Assembly: GCA_964516585.1 (NCBI GenBank)
Contig: CAZEXJ010000137.1
Location: 1-52,841, forward strand
Origin: an uncultured Alistipes sp.
GTDB lineage: Bacteria; Bacteroidota; Bacteroidia; Bacteroidales; Rikenellaceae
Direction of reading: 5' to 3'
DNA length: 52,841 bases
A model generated the notes under the pieces. The model saw nothing but the letters and a program-made list of their open reading frames with translations. It was not told the origin of the DNA and searched no databases. Below, one piece after another: positions 18,880-28,300 of the stretch. The position numbers and the translations under genes were made by a program. The number at the start of each line of letters is the position of its first letter. Within the stretch, counting starts at the first letter, position 1.

Positions 18880-19671
18880 TTATCGGGTGATCGTAATTAC
18901 CAGCGTAGCCAGCGATATGGCCGTGCTGGTAAGCGATATCCAGAACGAACGGTTCTGGTTGATCTCTGCCGTGGCAGCCTTGTACTTGTTGGGGCTTACC
19001 AATACTATGTCGTTCTGTTCGAGATAGAAACAGGGCGAATCGAATATCTTTTTCGAGCGTACGTCGAGCAGTGTTACGATATTCTTGCCGTCGTGTTCGC
19101 GTATCACGGCCACATTCTCACGATTACCGTATATGGTCATGTCGCCCGCCAATGCGAGGGCTTCCAATATCGTGATGCGGTCTTTGGCGATATCGAAACG
19201 TCCCGGACGGACGACCTCGCCCAATACCGATATGGTCATGTTGGCGAAACGGACGTTGACATTGGGATCGGCGATATGTCCGCCTTCGAGGATCTTGTCG
19301 GCGATGACCTGCGACAGCTCCGAACGCGTCATGCCGTCGCACTTGATCTTGCCGATGACGGGCAGATTGAGTATGCCGTTTTCGTCGACGGTAAGCACTT
19401 GCAGACTGTTGTTTGTTATGCTTGTTGCTGAGGGCATACCCGTCAATGCGCTGTAACTCGACGACGAGTTGAACGGTACGGCCAACTCGGGATTCTTGCT
19501 GTTGACCACTACCGTGAGTTGATCGAGAGGTTTGATGCGAATCTGGTAGTCCTCGGGAATATCCACGACGGCCCCATCTTTGATGTCTTGCAGATAGAGC
19601 ACGCGCTGTTGGGCGTTGCACGAGCACAGCAAGAGCGCGATGCCGATGATAAGGAATCTTAAATCTTTCAT
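18880..19671 (-). CDS. wza: Polysaccharide export outer-membrane lipoprotein (Wza/OPX family)
   Basis: Lipobox 'LLCSC'. 'VDENGILNLPVIG', 'ISVLGEVVRPG', 'ILEALALAGDMTIYGNR', 'LEQNDIVLV'. Confidence 0.9.
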   Translation of the reverse strand: MKDLRFLIIGIALLLCSCNAQQRVLYLQDIKDGAVVDIPEDYQIRIKPLDQLTVVVNSKNPELAVPFNSSSSYSALTGMPSATSITNNSLQVLTVDENGILNLPVIGKIKCDGMTRSELSQVIADKILEGGHIADPNVNVRFANMTISVLGEVVRPGRFDIAKDRITILEALALAGDMTIYGNRENVAVIREHDGKNIVTLLDVRSKKIFDSPCFYLEQNDIVLVSPNKYKAATAEINQNRSFWISLTSTAISLATLVITITR

Positions 19672-19739
19672 TTGGCGATATCTGAATTTTTTACAATTTA
19701 CATATTGCGATCTGTCACCTAATATATATATAATGCGTG

Positions 19740-19771
19740 CAAAGATAGATTTTATTTGTCAAAAATACAAA
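19740..19771 (-). promoter_or_regulatory. Bacteroidota primary-sigma promoter for wza-wzc
   Basis: Minus-strand TATCTTTG (-7) at 19740-19747 and TTTG (-33) at 19768-19771. Confidence 0.6.
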
Positions 19772-19780
19772 AGATACGGC

Positions 19781-19811
19781 AAAAAAACTCGGATATTATT
19801 TTATCCGAGTT
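19781..19811 (-). terminator. Intrinsic terminator after the LytTR gene
   Basis: AACTCGGATA...TATCCGAGTT hairpin with a T-tract on the minus strand. Confidence 0.7.
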
Positions 19812-19835
19812 GTGTGCGTAGTCGCATAAGCTGTG

Positions 19836-20612
19836 TCAGTTGTTATCGAGCCATTCCAAAAAATCGGAGGTGCGGCTGCGGCTTACCACCACTTCGTCGT
19901 CGGTCTTCGGCCTCAATTGCAGTTTCAACCGCGTGCCCAAATGCCGCGATATGTTCTCTATGGCGTTGATCGACACTATGTAGCTGCGCGATATGCGGAA
20001 GAAGATTTTAGGGTCGAGCATCTCCTGCACCGAGTCGAGCGAGTAGTCGAGCAGGCGGCGCGAGCCGCTCTTGGTGACCGAATAGGTGTTTTTGTCCTCC
20101 GAATAGCAGTAGGCAATATCTTCGACGGGTATGATGACTATCTTTTCACCCACCTTGACGATGAATCTCTTTTTGTAGCCTTTGCTCTCGGCTTGCGACG
20201 CCTGTGAGAAATAGTTGATCAGGGTCTCGATGCCGACCGGATTTTTCGCCTCGATCGATTTGCGGCAGCGCTCCAATGCGCGTTTCAGCTCCTGCTCGTC
20301 GATAGGCTTCAACAGATAGTCGACGCTGTTGATCTTGAAAGCGTTGAGGGCATAGTTGTCGTATGCCGTGGTAATGATGACATTGGCATCGATTGTCGTA
20401 TGTTTGAAAATGTCGAAGCATACGCCGTCCGACAACTCCACGTCCATGAATATGACGTCGGCTCCGCCGGGGTTCTCTTCGAGCCATTTGACCGACGACT
20501 TGACCGATGTGAGCGTGCCGACGATATTGCAATCGGCAGAGCATTTGTCGAGCAATTTCTTTAATGTGATCTGGGCGGGTATTTCGTCCTCTATGATAAG
20601 TGTTCTGAGCAT
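19836..20612 (-). CDS. LytTR-family response regulator
   Basis: REC motifs 'IIEDE', 'FMDVELSDG', 'TTAYD', 'DYLLKP'. LytTR motif 'FFRISRSYIVSI...VSRSR'. Confidence 0.93.
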   Translation of the reverse strand: MLRTLIIEDEIPAQITLKKLLDKCSADCNIVGTLTSVKSSVKWLEENPGGADVIFMDVELSDGVCFDIFKHTTIDANVIITTAYDNYALNAFKINSVDYLLKPIDEQELKRALERCRKSIEAKNPVGIETLINYFSQASQAESKGYKKRFIVKVGEKIVIIPVEDIAYCYSEDKNTYSVTKSGSRRLLDYSLDSVQEMLDPKIFFRISRSYIVSINAIENISRHLGTRLKLQLRPKTDDEVVVSRSRTSDFLEWLDNN

Positions 20613-22033
20613 TATACTAACGGTAGTTTTACGATGAATTCCTTGTCAGTCTTCTTTACGGTTATGGTGTTGCGGGTGATATCCATATATTGCTGCCGGA
20701 TATTCGACAGCCCTACATGCGTGGATTGCTGGCCTGTGGTGCGCGGTTGCAGGTTGTTGCGCACGATTATGCAGCGCTCCTGCGAGAATATCTCCACGTG
20801 CAGCGGCTCGTCGGCGCAGACGATATTGTGTTTGGTGGCGTTCTCGATGAGCAGTTGCAGCGAGCAGGGCACTATATACATATTGTATAGCGACGCATCG
20901 ATCCGCTTGTCTATGATCAGACCGTCGACGAAACGCTCTTTCAGCAGATCGATGTACATGTCGGCGAAGTCGATCTCCTCTTTGAGCTTGACCAACGGTT
21001 TCTGGTCGTTGTTGAGCATGTAGCGGTAGATGTTCGCCAGCTTGCGTATGAATCCGCTGGCGCGTTCGCTCTGACCCTCCTGCACCAGATAGTCGAGTAT
21101 GTTGAGCGAATTGAACAGGAAGTGGGGGTTGATCTGCTGTTTGAGCCGGTTGTATTGATACAGCGCCTTGTGCTTTTGCTCGCGTTCTGTGCTCAGTTCG
21201 CGCTTCGAGGCTATGGTGTGCTGCACTAAATACGACAGCGTGTATATGATTATGTGTATGAGAAATGCGACGGCGAATATGCGGGCGAACTGCACCGGAT
21301 CGTGCGACGCCTCGGCCATGAGCGGTATGTCGCAGTAGACGACAAGCGAGGTTAGCAGCGGAATGGCTAAAAGGGTCGATATGAGAAGCAGTCCGTATGT
21401 CTTGTTGCGCAGCGTGTGCGGCTGGTATGTGAAGTATGAGTATGTCTTGATCGAGAGCAGTATGTTGCCGCATGTGAGTATGAGCAGCGCGACGATGTTG
21501 CCGAATATGTCCTGCACGATGTCGAGTATCATGTCGTTGGTGAAGAAGTGGGTGCGGAACATTATCACGTAAGCCACTCTGAGCAGCAGTATCGACAGTG
21601 CGATTACCAATATGTTGACAATCGATGGCCGCCATGTGGACTTGTAGCTCTTGAAGCGGCGGCCGTTGCGCGTCAGGGCGTATGTGCCCCAGCCGATGAG
21701 CATCGTTATGACGAATGTGGATATGGCCGGCGCAGCGACCTTGTTGTCGACAATGTCGTCTATCAACGGCCACATAAGCTCTCCGCTGACGAATCCCAGC
21801 AGCGTGGCGACGAGTGTTATTACGGCTATGATCTCTATACGGACATTCTGACGCATGGTCACCACGATCACCATGGTTATCGTGAGCACCGTAAGCGGCA
21901 CGTCATCGTCGTAATACATCAGTCGGCTGATCACTGCCACGGCGGCATGGAGCATGGCGAATATCAAAATGATACTTTTGCTGCCTATGCCCGACCGTCT
22001 GCGTTCGTTATGTGCAGGCCTAATCATACACAA
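20612..22033 (-). CDS. LytS/YehU-type sensor histidine kinase with a multi-TM input domain
   Basis: 'LKQQINPHFLFNSLN', 'LQLLIENATKHN', 'GLSNI'. Many hydrophobic helices at the N-terminus. Stop overlaps the regulator ATG. Exact start is uncertain (22033 or 22027). Confidence 0.9.
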   Translation of the reverse strand: MCMIRPAHNERRRSGIGSKSIILIFAMLHAAVAVISRLMYYDDDVPLTVLTITMVIVVTMRQNVRIEIIAVITLVATLLGFVSGELMWPLIDDIVDNKVAAPAISTFVITMLIGWGTYALTRNGRRFKSYKSTWRPSIVNILVIALSILLLRVAYVIMFRTHFFTNDMILDIVQDIFGNIVALLILTCGNILLSIKTYSYFTYQPHTLRNKTYGLLLISTLLAIPLLTSLVVYCDIPLMAEASHDPVQFARIFAVAFLIHIIIYTLSYLVQHTIASKRELSTEREQKHKALYQYNRLKQQINPHFLFNSLNILDYLVQEGQSERASGFIRKLANIYRYMLNNDQKPLVKLKEEIDFADMYIDLLKERFVDGLIIDKRIDASLYNMYIVPCSLQLLIENATKHNIVCADEPLHVEIFSQERCIIVRNNLQPRTTGQQSTHVGLSNIRQQYMDITRNTITVKKTDKEFIVKLPLV

Positions 22034-22079
22034 AGATATACATTATTTTGCAAAATTACAAATCGCCCCTGTCGGGCTG

Positions 22080-22150
22080 CCGTTCGTCGACAGGCTTTCC
22101 CGTTCGGTCGCCAATTTCGCCGATTCGTCCAAATTATACGGCGGTTGGTC
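22080..22150 (+). promoter_or_regulatory. Four imperfect direct repeats at 20-21 bp period; candidate LytTR operator
   Basis: CCGTTCGTC 22080, CGTTCGGTC 22101, CGATTCGTC 22121, CGGTTGGTC 22142. Confidence 0.6.
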
Positions 22151-22231
22151 GTGTAAAATTTGTTTCTTTGATGTATTATATTAAAATTTGTGTTACAATT
22201 GATGTAATATTAAAAATTTTAATAAACCTGA

Positions 22232-23539
22232 ATGAAAAAACCTGATTTGTCGTTTATGCAGATGTGGAATCTGAGCTTCGGATTTTTCGGCGTTCAGATT
22301 GCATACGCTTTGCAGAGTGCGAACATCAGCCGTATATTCGCAACGCTCGGAGCCGACCCGCACGATCTCAGTTATTTTTGGATTTTGCCGCCGCTGATGG
22401 GCATGCTCGTGCAGCCGTTGGTGGGCATGTGGAGCGACAAGACGTGGTGCAAGTGGGGGCGTCGCAAACCCTATCTCTATGTCGGTGCGCTCGTTGCCGT
22501 TGCCGTCATGGTCTTTTTGCCCAACTCGGGCAGTCTGGGTCTCACTGTCAAGGCGGCCATGTCGTTCGGCTTGGTGATGCTGATGCTGCTCGACACCTCG
22601 ATCAACATGGCCATGCAGCCGTTCAAGATGATGGTGGGCGACATGGTCAACGAGCAGCAGAAGGCCAAGGCCTACTCTATCCAGAGCCTGCTGTGCAACG
22701 CCGGTTCGTTGGTGGGCTACCTGTTCCCCTATCTGTTTACGTGGATCGGCATAAAGAACGTGGCGCCCGAGGGCATGATTCCCCCCTCGGTGATATATTC
22801 TTTTTACATAGGTGCGGCCATACTTATCCTTTGCGTCTTCTACACCGGCTTCAAGGTGCGTGAGATGCCTCCCGAGGAGTATGCCAAGTTCCACAATATC
22901 GCGAGCGCGGAGAAACGCGAGAAGCGCAATCTCGTGCAGCTTGTCCTGCATGCGCCCAAGATATTCTGGCAGATCGGCTTGGTGCAGTTCTTCTCGTGGT
23001 TCGCATTCCTATATATGTGGAACTATACCAACGGCGGTATAGCCGCAAACGTATGGGATACGACCGATGTGCAGTCCGATGCCTATCAGGCTGCGGGCAA
23101 CTGGGTCGGCGTGCTGTTCGCCGTGCAGGCCATAGGTTCGATCCTGTGGGCTATCGTGCTGCCCATGTTCCGCAACACCAAGATGGCCTATGCCGTGAGC
23201 TTGGTCATAGGCGGCATAGGGTTCATCTCGACCTACTTCATGCACACTCCCTGCCTGCTGTTCATCTCGTTCGTGCTGATCGGCTGCGGCTGGGCGGCCA
23301 TGCTGTCGATGCCTTTCGCGCTGCTTACCAACTCTCTGTCGGGAAGTTCGATGGGCACCTATTTAGGTCTGTTCAACTGCACGATATGTCTGCCGCAGAT
23401 AGTGGCGGCTTCGGTGGGCGGTTTCATCCTCCGGCTGTTCGGCGGCGAGCAGATCATGATGCTCGTGCTGGCCGGCGCGTCGCTGTTGGTGGCATCGTTG
23501 GCGGTATATTTTATCAAAACCGAACGCAAGGAGGCCTGA
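22232..23539 (+). CDS. MFS maltose/maltodextrin transporter (MalT/SLC45-like)
   Basis: 'WNLSFGFFGVQ', 'QPLVGMWSDKT..WGRRKPY', 'INMAMQPF', 'GTYLGLFN..ICLPQIVA'. About 12 TM segments. First gene of the starch locus. Confidence 0.85.
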   Translation: MKKPDLSFMQMWNLSFGFFGVQIAYALQSANISRIFATLGADPHDLSYFWILPPLMGMLVQPLVGMWSDKTWCKWGRRKPYLYVGALVAVAVMVFLPNSGSLGLTVKAAMSFGLVMLMLLDTSINMAMQPFKMMVGDMVNEQQKAKAYSIQSLLCNAGSLVGYLFPYLFTWIGIKNVAPEGMIPPSVIYSFYIGAAILILCVFYTGFKVREMPPEEYAKFHNIASAEKREKRNLVQLVLHAPKIFWQIGLVQFFSWFAFLYMWNYTNGGIAANVWDTTDVQSDAYQAAGNWVGVLFAVQAIGSILWAIVLPMFRNTKMAYAVSLVIGGIGFISTYFMHTPCLLFISFVLIGCGWAAMLSMPFALLTNSLSGSSMGTYLGLFNCTICLPQIVAASVGGFILRLFGGEQIMMLVLAGASLLVASLAVYFIKTERKEA

Positions 23540-23606
23540 TAGACGAATATTTTCAGAACTCTGATATATATTAACCTAATTATTATTAACTAACACAAAA
23601 AACACT

Positions 23607-26600
23607 ATGAGAAAATTCTTGACTATGTGTTTGGGACTTGCGCTGCTTGCAGTTGCGACCCCCCCCCAAGTATTTGGCCAGCAAGCTAAATACGAGGTTA
23701 AAGGTGTGGTAGTTGATGCTACCGGAACGCCAGTTATCGGCGCGTCTGTTTTCGAACAGGACACGACCAACGGCGTGACGACCGACATCAACGGTCAGTA
23801 CCAATTAAAAGTGAAAAGCCCCGATGCCATTGTCATCGTCAGCTTCATCGGCTATAAGCCGCAGCAGCTGCTGGCATCGTCGAGCGTACTCGAACGCGTC
23901 GTCCTCGAAGAGGATAATACGATGTTGGAGGATGTTGTGGTGATCGGTTACGGTACTGTTAAGAAGAACGACCTTACGGGTTCTGTCTCGACCGTCAAGG
24001 CCGACCAGACCAACAAGGGTCTCGCTTCGTCTCCGACCGACCTGCTGCGCGGCAAAAGCGCCGGTGTGGTAATCACTTCGGGCGATGGCGCCCCGGGTTC
24101 TGCCGCAACGATTCGTATCCGCGGCGGTTCGTCGTTGAAAGCTACCAACGACCCGTTGATCGTCATCGACGGCCTTCCCGTATCGAACGACGGCATCTCG
24201 GGTGTAGCCAATGCCTTGGCTTCGGTCAACCCGAGCGATATCGAGTCGTTCACGGTGCTGAAGGATGCTTCGGCTACGGCGATCTACGGTTCTCGCGCAT
24301 CTAACGGTGTCATCATCATCACCACCAAGAAGGGTTCGCGCTACGACGCGGCTGTTCCCAATCTGTCGATCGATTTCACGGCTTCACTGAGCGACAACTC
24401 GAAGTATGTCGACGTGATGACCGGCGATCAGATGCGTGAAGCCATGAAGTGGTATATGGGCGGTACCGACAACGCTGCTTATAAAGCTTTGGGTACGGCC
24501 AACACCAACTGGCAGAAGGAGATTTACCAGCTTGCCCAGACGTATGAGGGCAATATCGGCCTGTCGGGCAACATAAAGATGGGCGAGAAGAACGATCTTC
24601 CCTATCGTATCGCTTTCGGTTACCTCAATCAGGACGGTACGTTGAAGACGGGCAACATGACGCGTGAGACGCTGTCGATCAACCTCACTCCGACTCTGCT
24701 CGACAACCACCTTACCATCAGCCTCAATGCCAAGGGTATGAACATGGATACCCGTTTCGCCAACACCGCAGCCGTTGGTCAGGCCATTCAGTACGACCCG
24801 ACCAAGCCGGTTTACGACCCCGAAGGTCTGAACGGTTACACTTGGTGGAACAATGGCAAGACCGGTTCTGAGCAGTTCACTATCGAAAACTGCAACGCGA
24901 TGGCCAACCAGAACCCCGTTGCTCTGCTTAACGACAGAAACGATATCTCGAACGCCAAGCGTTTCATCGGCAATGCTCAGATCGACTATAAGATCCACGG
25001 TTTGGAGGATCTTCGCCTCAACCTCAACCTCGGTCTCGATATTTCGGAGTCGGAGGGTACGGTCGATGTTGCCGCCGGAACGGAGCAGTCGATGCACAGC
25101 ACGCAGCAGTCGGGTTCGGGTTATCACACCAACTACTCGCAGCTGAAGCGCGACCAGACGCTGGAGTTCTACGCCGATTACAGCAAGACTCTGGGCGCAC
25201 ACTCGTTCAGTGTCATGGCCGGTTACTCATGGCAGCACTTCTATGTATCGTCGTTCAACGAGCAGTTCAAGGCCGACGGCACACTGCCTTCGGCTGCCGG
25301 CTACTACCTGTCGGAGCCTCGTACCACCAAGACCGAGTACTTCCTCGTATCTTTCTTCGGTCGTTTGAACTACTCTTACGACAACCGCTATATGATTACC
25401 GCTTCGCTGCGTAACGACGGTACCTCGCGCTTCCCCAACAACAAGTGGGGTCTGTTCCCGTCGGTAGCTTTGGCATGGAATATCCGCAACGAGGCATTCC
25501 TGCGCGACAGCGACGTATTGTCGGCCTTGAAGCTCCGTTTAAGCTGGGGTGAGACCGGTCAGCAGGACCTCAATGCAGGTAACTATCCTTCGTTGGCAAC
25601 CTATATCTACAACACTCTGGGCAGCTACTATCCCTTCGGTACAGGCTCGATCGCTCCTATCACTCCTTCGGGTTACAATGCCGATCTGAAATGGGAGACC
25701 ACGACCACCTATAACGTCGGTATCGACTACGGATTCCTCGACGGCCGCATCTACGGTAGCGCCGACTTCTACTACCGCAAGACCGAAGACCTGCTCAACT
25801 GGACTCCCGTTGCCGCAGGCGCCAACCTCACCAACTACCTCAACGCCAACATCGGTGACTTGAAGAATATCGGTGTCGAGTTCGAGATCAACGCCGTTGC
25901 CATTCAGAACAGAGACTGGTACTGGAACATCGGTTTGAATGCCGCTTGGAACAAGAACGAGATCACGCGTCTGACCACCGACGACGAGCGCGAGGACTAC
26001 TACGGTGTCGACACCGGCGGTATCTCGGGCGCTGTCGGCACTACGTGTCAGGTACACCAGACCGGCCAGCCGACCAACTCGTTCTACGTATATCAACAGA
26101 TCTACGACGAGAACGGCAAACCTATGGAGGGTCACTACGTAGACCGCAACGAGGATGGCGTGGTTGACTCTAAGGATAAGTATTGCTACAAGAAGGCTGC
26201 TCCCGATGTTACGATCGGATTCAACACCCAGCTCTCTTGGAAAGCCCTTACGTTGGCCGTATCGGCTCACGCCAACATCGGCAACTATGTCTACGACAAC
26301 ATTTCGTCGAACGGCGAGCTGCTGAGTGACTTGTGGACCAACAACTTCGTCAACAACCGCGTTCCGTCGGCAGTTGATACCAACTTCCGCAACGGCGCAC
26401 AGTATCTGTCGGACTACTATGTGCGTAACGCTTCGTTCCTCAAACTCGACAACATCACGTTGAGTTATCGCTTCGATCTGGGCAAAGCCGCAGGCCGCCC
26501 GATTAACCTCAGCGTATTCGGTACGGTGCAGAACGTATGTACGATCACGGGTTACAACGGTATCGACCCCGAAATCTACTCGGGTATCGACAACAACCTC

Positions 26601-26648
26601 TATCCGCGTCCTCGTACCTATATTCTCGGTGTGAAATTCAATTTCTAA
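23607..26648 (+). CDS. susC: SusC-family TonB-dependent transporter
   Basis: 'VVVIGYGT', 'IRIRGGSS...PLIVIDG', 'VLKDASATAIYGSRASNGVIIITTKKG', 'LKWETT', C-terminal Phe. Confidence 0.95.
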   Translation: MRKFLTMCLGLALLAVATPPQVFGQQAKYEVKGVVVDATGTPVIGASVFEQDTTNGVTTDINGQYQLKVKSPDAIVIVSFIGYKPQQLLASSSVLERVVLEEDNTMLEDVVVIGYGTVKKNDLTGSVSTVKADQTNKGLASSPTDLLRGKSAGVVITSGDGAPGSAATIRIRGGSSLKATNDPLIVIDGLPVSNDGISGVANALASVNPSDIESFTVLKDASATAIYGSRASNGVIIITTKKGSRYDAAVPNLSIDFTASLSDNSKYVDVMTGDQMREAMKWYMGGTDNAAYKALGTANTNWQKEIYQLAQTYEGNIGLSGNIKMGEKNDLPYRIAFGYLNQDGTLKTGNMTRETLSINLTPTLLDNHLTISLNAKGMNMDTRFANTAAVGQAIQYDPTKPVYDPEGLNGYTWWNNGKTGSEQFTIENCNAMANQNPVALLNDRNDISNAKRFIGNAQIDYKIHGLEDLRLNLNLGLDISESEGTVDVAAGTEQSMHSTQQSGSGYHTNYSQLKRDQTLEFYADYSKTLGAHSFSVMAGYSWQHFYVSSFNEQFKADGTLPSAAGYYLSEPRTTKTEYFLVSFFGRLNYSYDNRYMITASLRNDGTSRFPNNKWGLFPSVALAWNIRNEAFLRDSDVLSALKLRLSWGETGQQDLNAGNYPSLATYIYNTLGSYYPFGTGSIAPITPSGYNADLKWETTTTYNVGIDYGFLDGRIYGSADFYYRKTEDLLNWTPVAAGANLTNYLNANIGDLKNIGVEFEINAVAIQNRDWYWNIGLNAAWNKNEITRLTTDDEREDYYGVDTGGISGAVGTTCQVHQTGQPTNSFYVYQQIYDENGKPMEGHYVDRNEDGVVDSKDKYCYKKAAPDVTIGFNTQLSWKALTLAVSAHANIGNYVYDNISSNGELLSDLWTNNFVNNRVPSAVDTNFRNGAQYLSDYYVRNASFLKLDNITLSYRFDLGKAAGRPINLSVFGTVQNVCTITGYNGIDPEIYSGIDNNLYPRPRTYILGVKFNF

Positions 26649-26668
26649 TATAAAACCGCATTGAAATT

Positions 26669-28264
26669 ATGAAAAAATATAAAGTTTTATTAATGACTTT
26701 CGCTGCGGCTTGTACGCTCGGCGCAAGTTCATGCGTGAACGATCTGGATGTTACGCCGATCGATCCCAATATACAGCTGCCTACCGAGGTGCTCGACTCT
26801 CAGGAGGCATACGAGCAGCTGCTTGCCAAGTGCTATCAGGGTCTGGCCTGCTCGTCGTCATACGGTCCCAACGGCGATCCCGACATCTCGGGTGTCGACG
26901 GCGGTTTCGGACAATACATGCGTGCATTGTGGAACATGCAGTGTCTGACTACCGATGAGGCTACCTGCTGCTGGAACGATACGGGTCTGCCCGATATCCA
27001 CAACATGTGCTGGACGACATCGAACCAGTTCGTTGTGGCTATGTACTACCGTATATTCTATCAGGTGGGTCTGTGCAACGAGTTCATCCGTCAGGCCAAC
27101 ACCAACGTTGCAGGTTTGAGCGACGCCGACTTCCCGAAGAAGGCTGAGTTCATCGCCGAGGCGCGTGCTTTGCGTGCTTTGAGCTACTACCACGCTATCG
27201 ACATTTTCGGTAACGTACCGTTCTCTACCGAGGCCAATTCGGTAGGTTCGACCGGTCCTTCGCAGATCTCGCGTGCCGACCTCTACAAATGGTTGGTTGA
27301 AGAGTGCAAGGCATTGCTCGACGATGCCGCTCTGGCCGCTCCCGGCAAGAACATCTACGGCCGTTGCGACAAGGGTATGGTGAAGATGATACTTGCAAAG
27401 CTCTACCTCAATGGCGAGGTATGGGCTGGTGAGAACCACTATGCCGAGTGCGCCGATTTGTGCCGCCAGATCAAGAGCGAATATCCCGCGCTGCACGACA
27501 ATTATGCCGAGCTGTTCATGGCCGACAACCACCTCTGCTCGGTAAACCAGACCTACAACGGCAGTGAGATCATCTTCGCCGTTCCTCAGGACGGTATCGA
27601 GACTCAGTCTTACGGTGCCACCAACTTCATCATCTTCGCCTCTGTCGGCGGCAGCATGGACGCTGCATCGATCGGCATATCGTCGGGCTGGGGAGGTCTG
27701 TCGATGACCAAGGACTTCACCTCGAAGTTCGATATGGAGAAGGACTCTCGCGCCATGTTCTACACGGCCTACGGACAGGGCATCGACGACTACTTAGTGT
27801 TCGACCCTGCTGAGGGCGAAGGCGGTTACAAGTCGATGAAATATACCAATGTCAACCATGACGGCTCTGCCGCTAAGGCCAACGGTTTCGTCGATACCGA
27901 TTTCCCGGTATTCCGTACTGCCGATGCCTATCTGATGCTGGCTGAGTGCGCAAAGCGCGGCGGTGCTGCCGAAGCTGACGGTTTGGCCGCTTTGAACGAT
28001 GTGCGCAAGCGTGCCGGTTTGGACGCAGTCGCTTCATACGATCTGGATGACGTCCTCGACGAGCGTGCCCGCGAGCTGTATTGGGAGTGTGTTCGCCGCC
28101 AAGACCTTATCCGCTTCGGCCGATTCACTACCAATGATTATCTGTGGGAGTGGAAAGGCGGCGTCAGAGAGGGTACGGCTGTCGATGCCCGCATGAACCT
28201 TATGCCTCTGCCTCCTGCCGACATCAACGCCAACGGCAACCTGTCGCAGAACGAGGGTTATTAA
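26669..28264 (+). CDS. susD: SusD-family glycan-binding lipoprotein
   Basis: Lipobox 'ASSC'. 'AEARALRALSY...FGNVP', 'FRTADAYLMLAE', 'ERARELYWE..RRQDLIRF', 'QNEGY'. Confidence 0.95.
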   Translation: MKKYKVLLMTFAAACTLGASSCVNDLDVTPIDPNIQLPTEVLDSQEAYEQLLAKCYQGLACSSSYGPNGDPDISGVDGGFGQYMRALWNMQCLTTDEATCCWNDTGLPDIHNMCWTTSNQFVVAMYYRIFYQVGLCNEFIRQANTNVAGLSDADFPKKAEFIAEARALRALSYYHAIDIFGNVPFSTEANSVGSTGPSQISRADLYKWLVEECKALLDDAALAAPGKNIYGRCDKGMVKMILAKLYLNGEVWAGENHYAECADLCRQIKSEYPALHDNYAELFMADNHLCSVNQTYNGSEIIFAVPQDGIETQSYGATNFIIFASVGGSMDAASIGISSGWGGLSMTKDFTSKFDMEKDSRAMFYTAYGQGIDDYLVFDPAEGEGGYKSMKYTNVNHDGSAAKANGFVDTDFPVFRTADAYLMLAECAKRGGAAEADGLAALNDVRKRAGLDAVASYDLDDVLDERARELYWECVRRQDLIRFGRFTTNDYLWEWKGGVREGTAVDARMNLMPLPPADINANGNLSQNEGY

Positions 28265-28300
28265 TGTTATATAGTGTATAACACGTAAAACTATTGCAAA

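Noticed and set aside
19672..19835. Invertible capsule promoter, or co-transcription of the TCS with wza-wzc
   Set aside because: No inverted repeats flank the promoter and there is no recombinase. A terminator separates the LytTR gene from the wza promoter.
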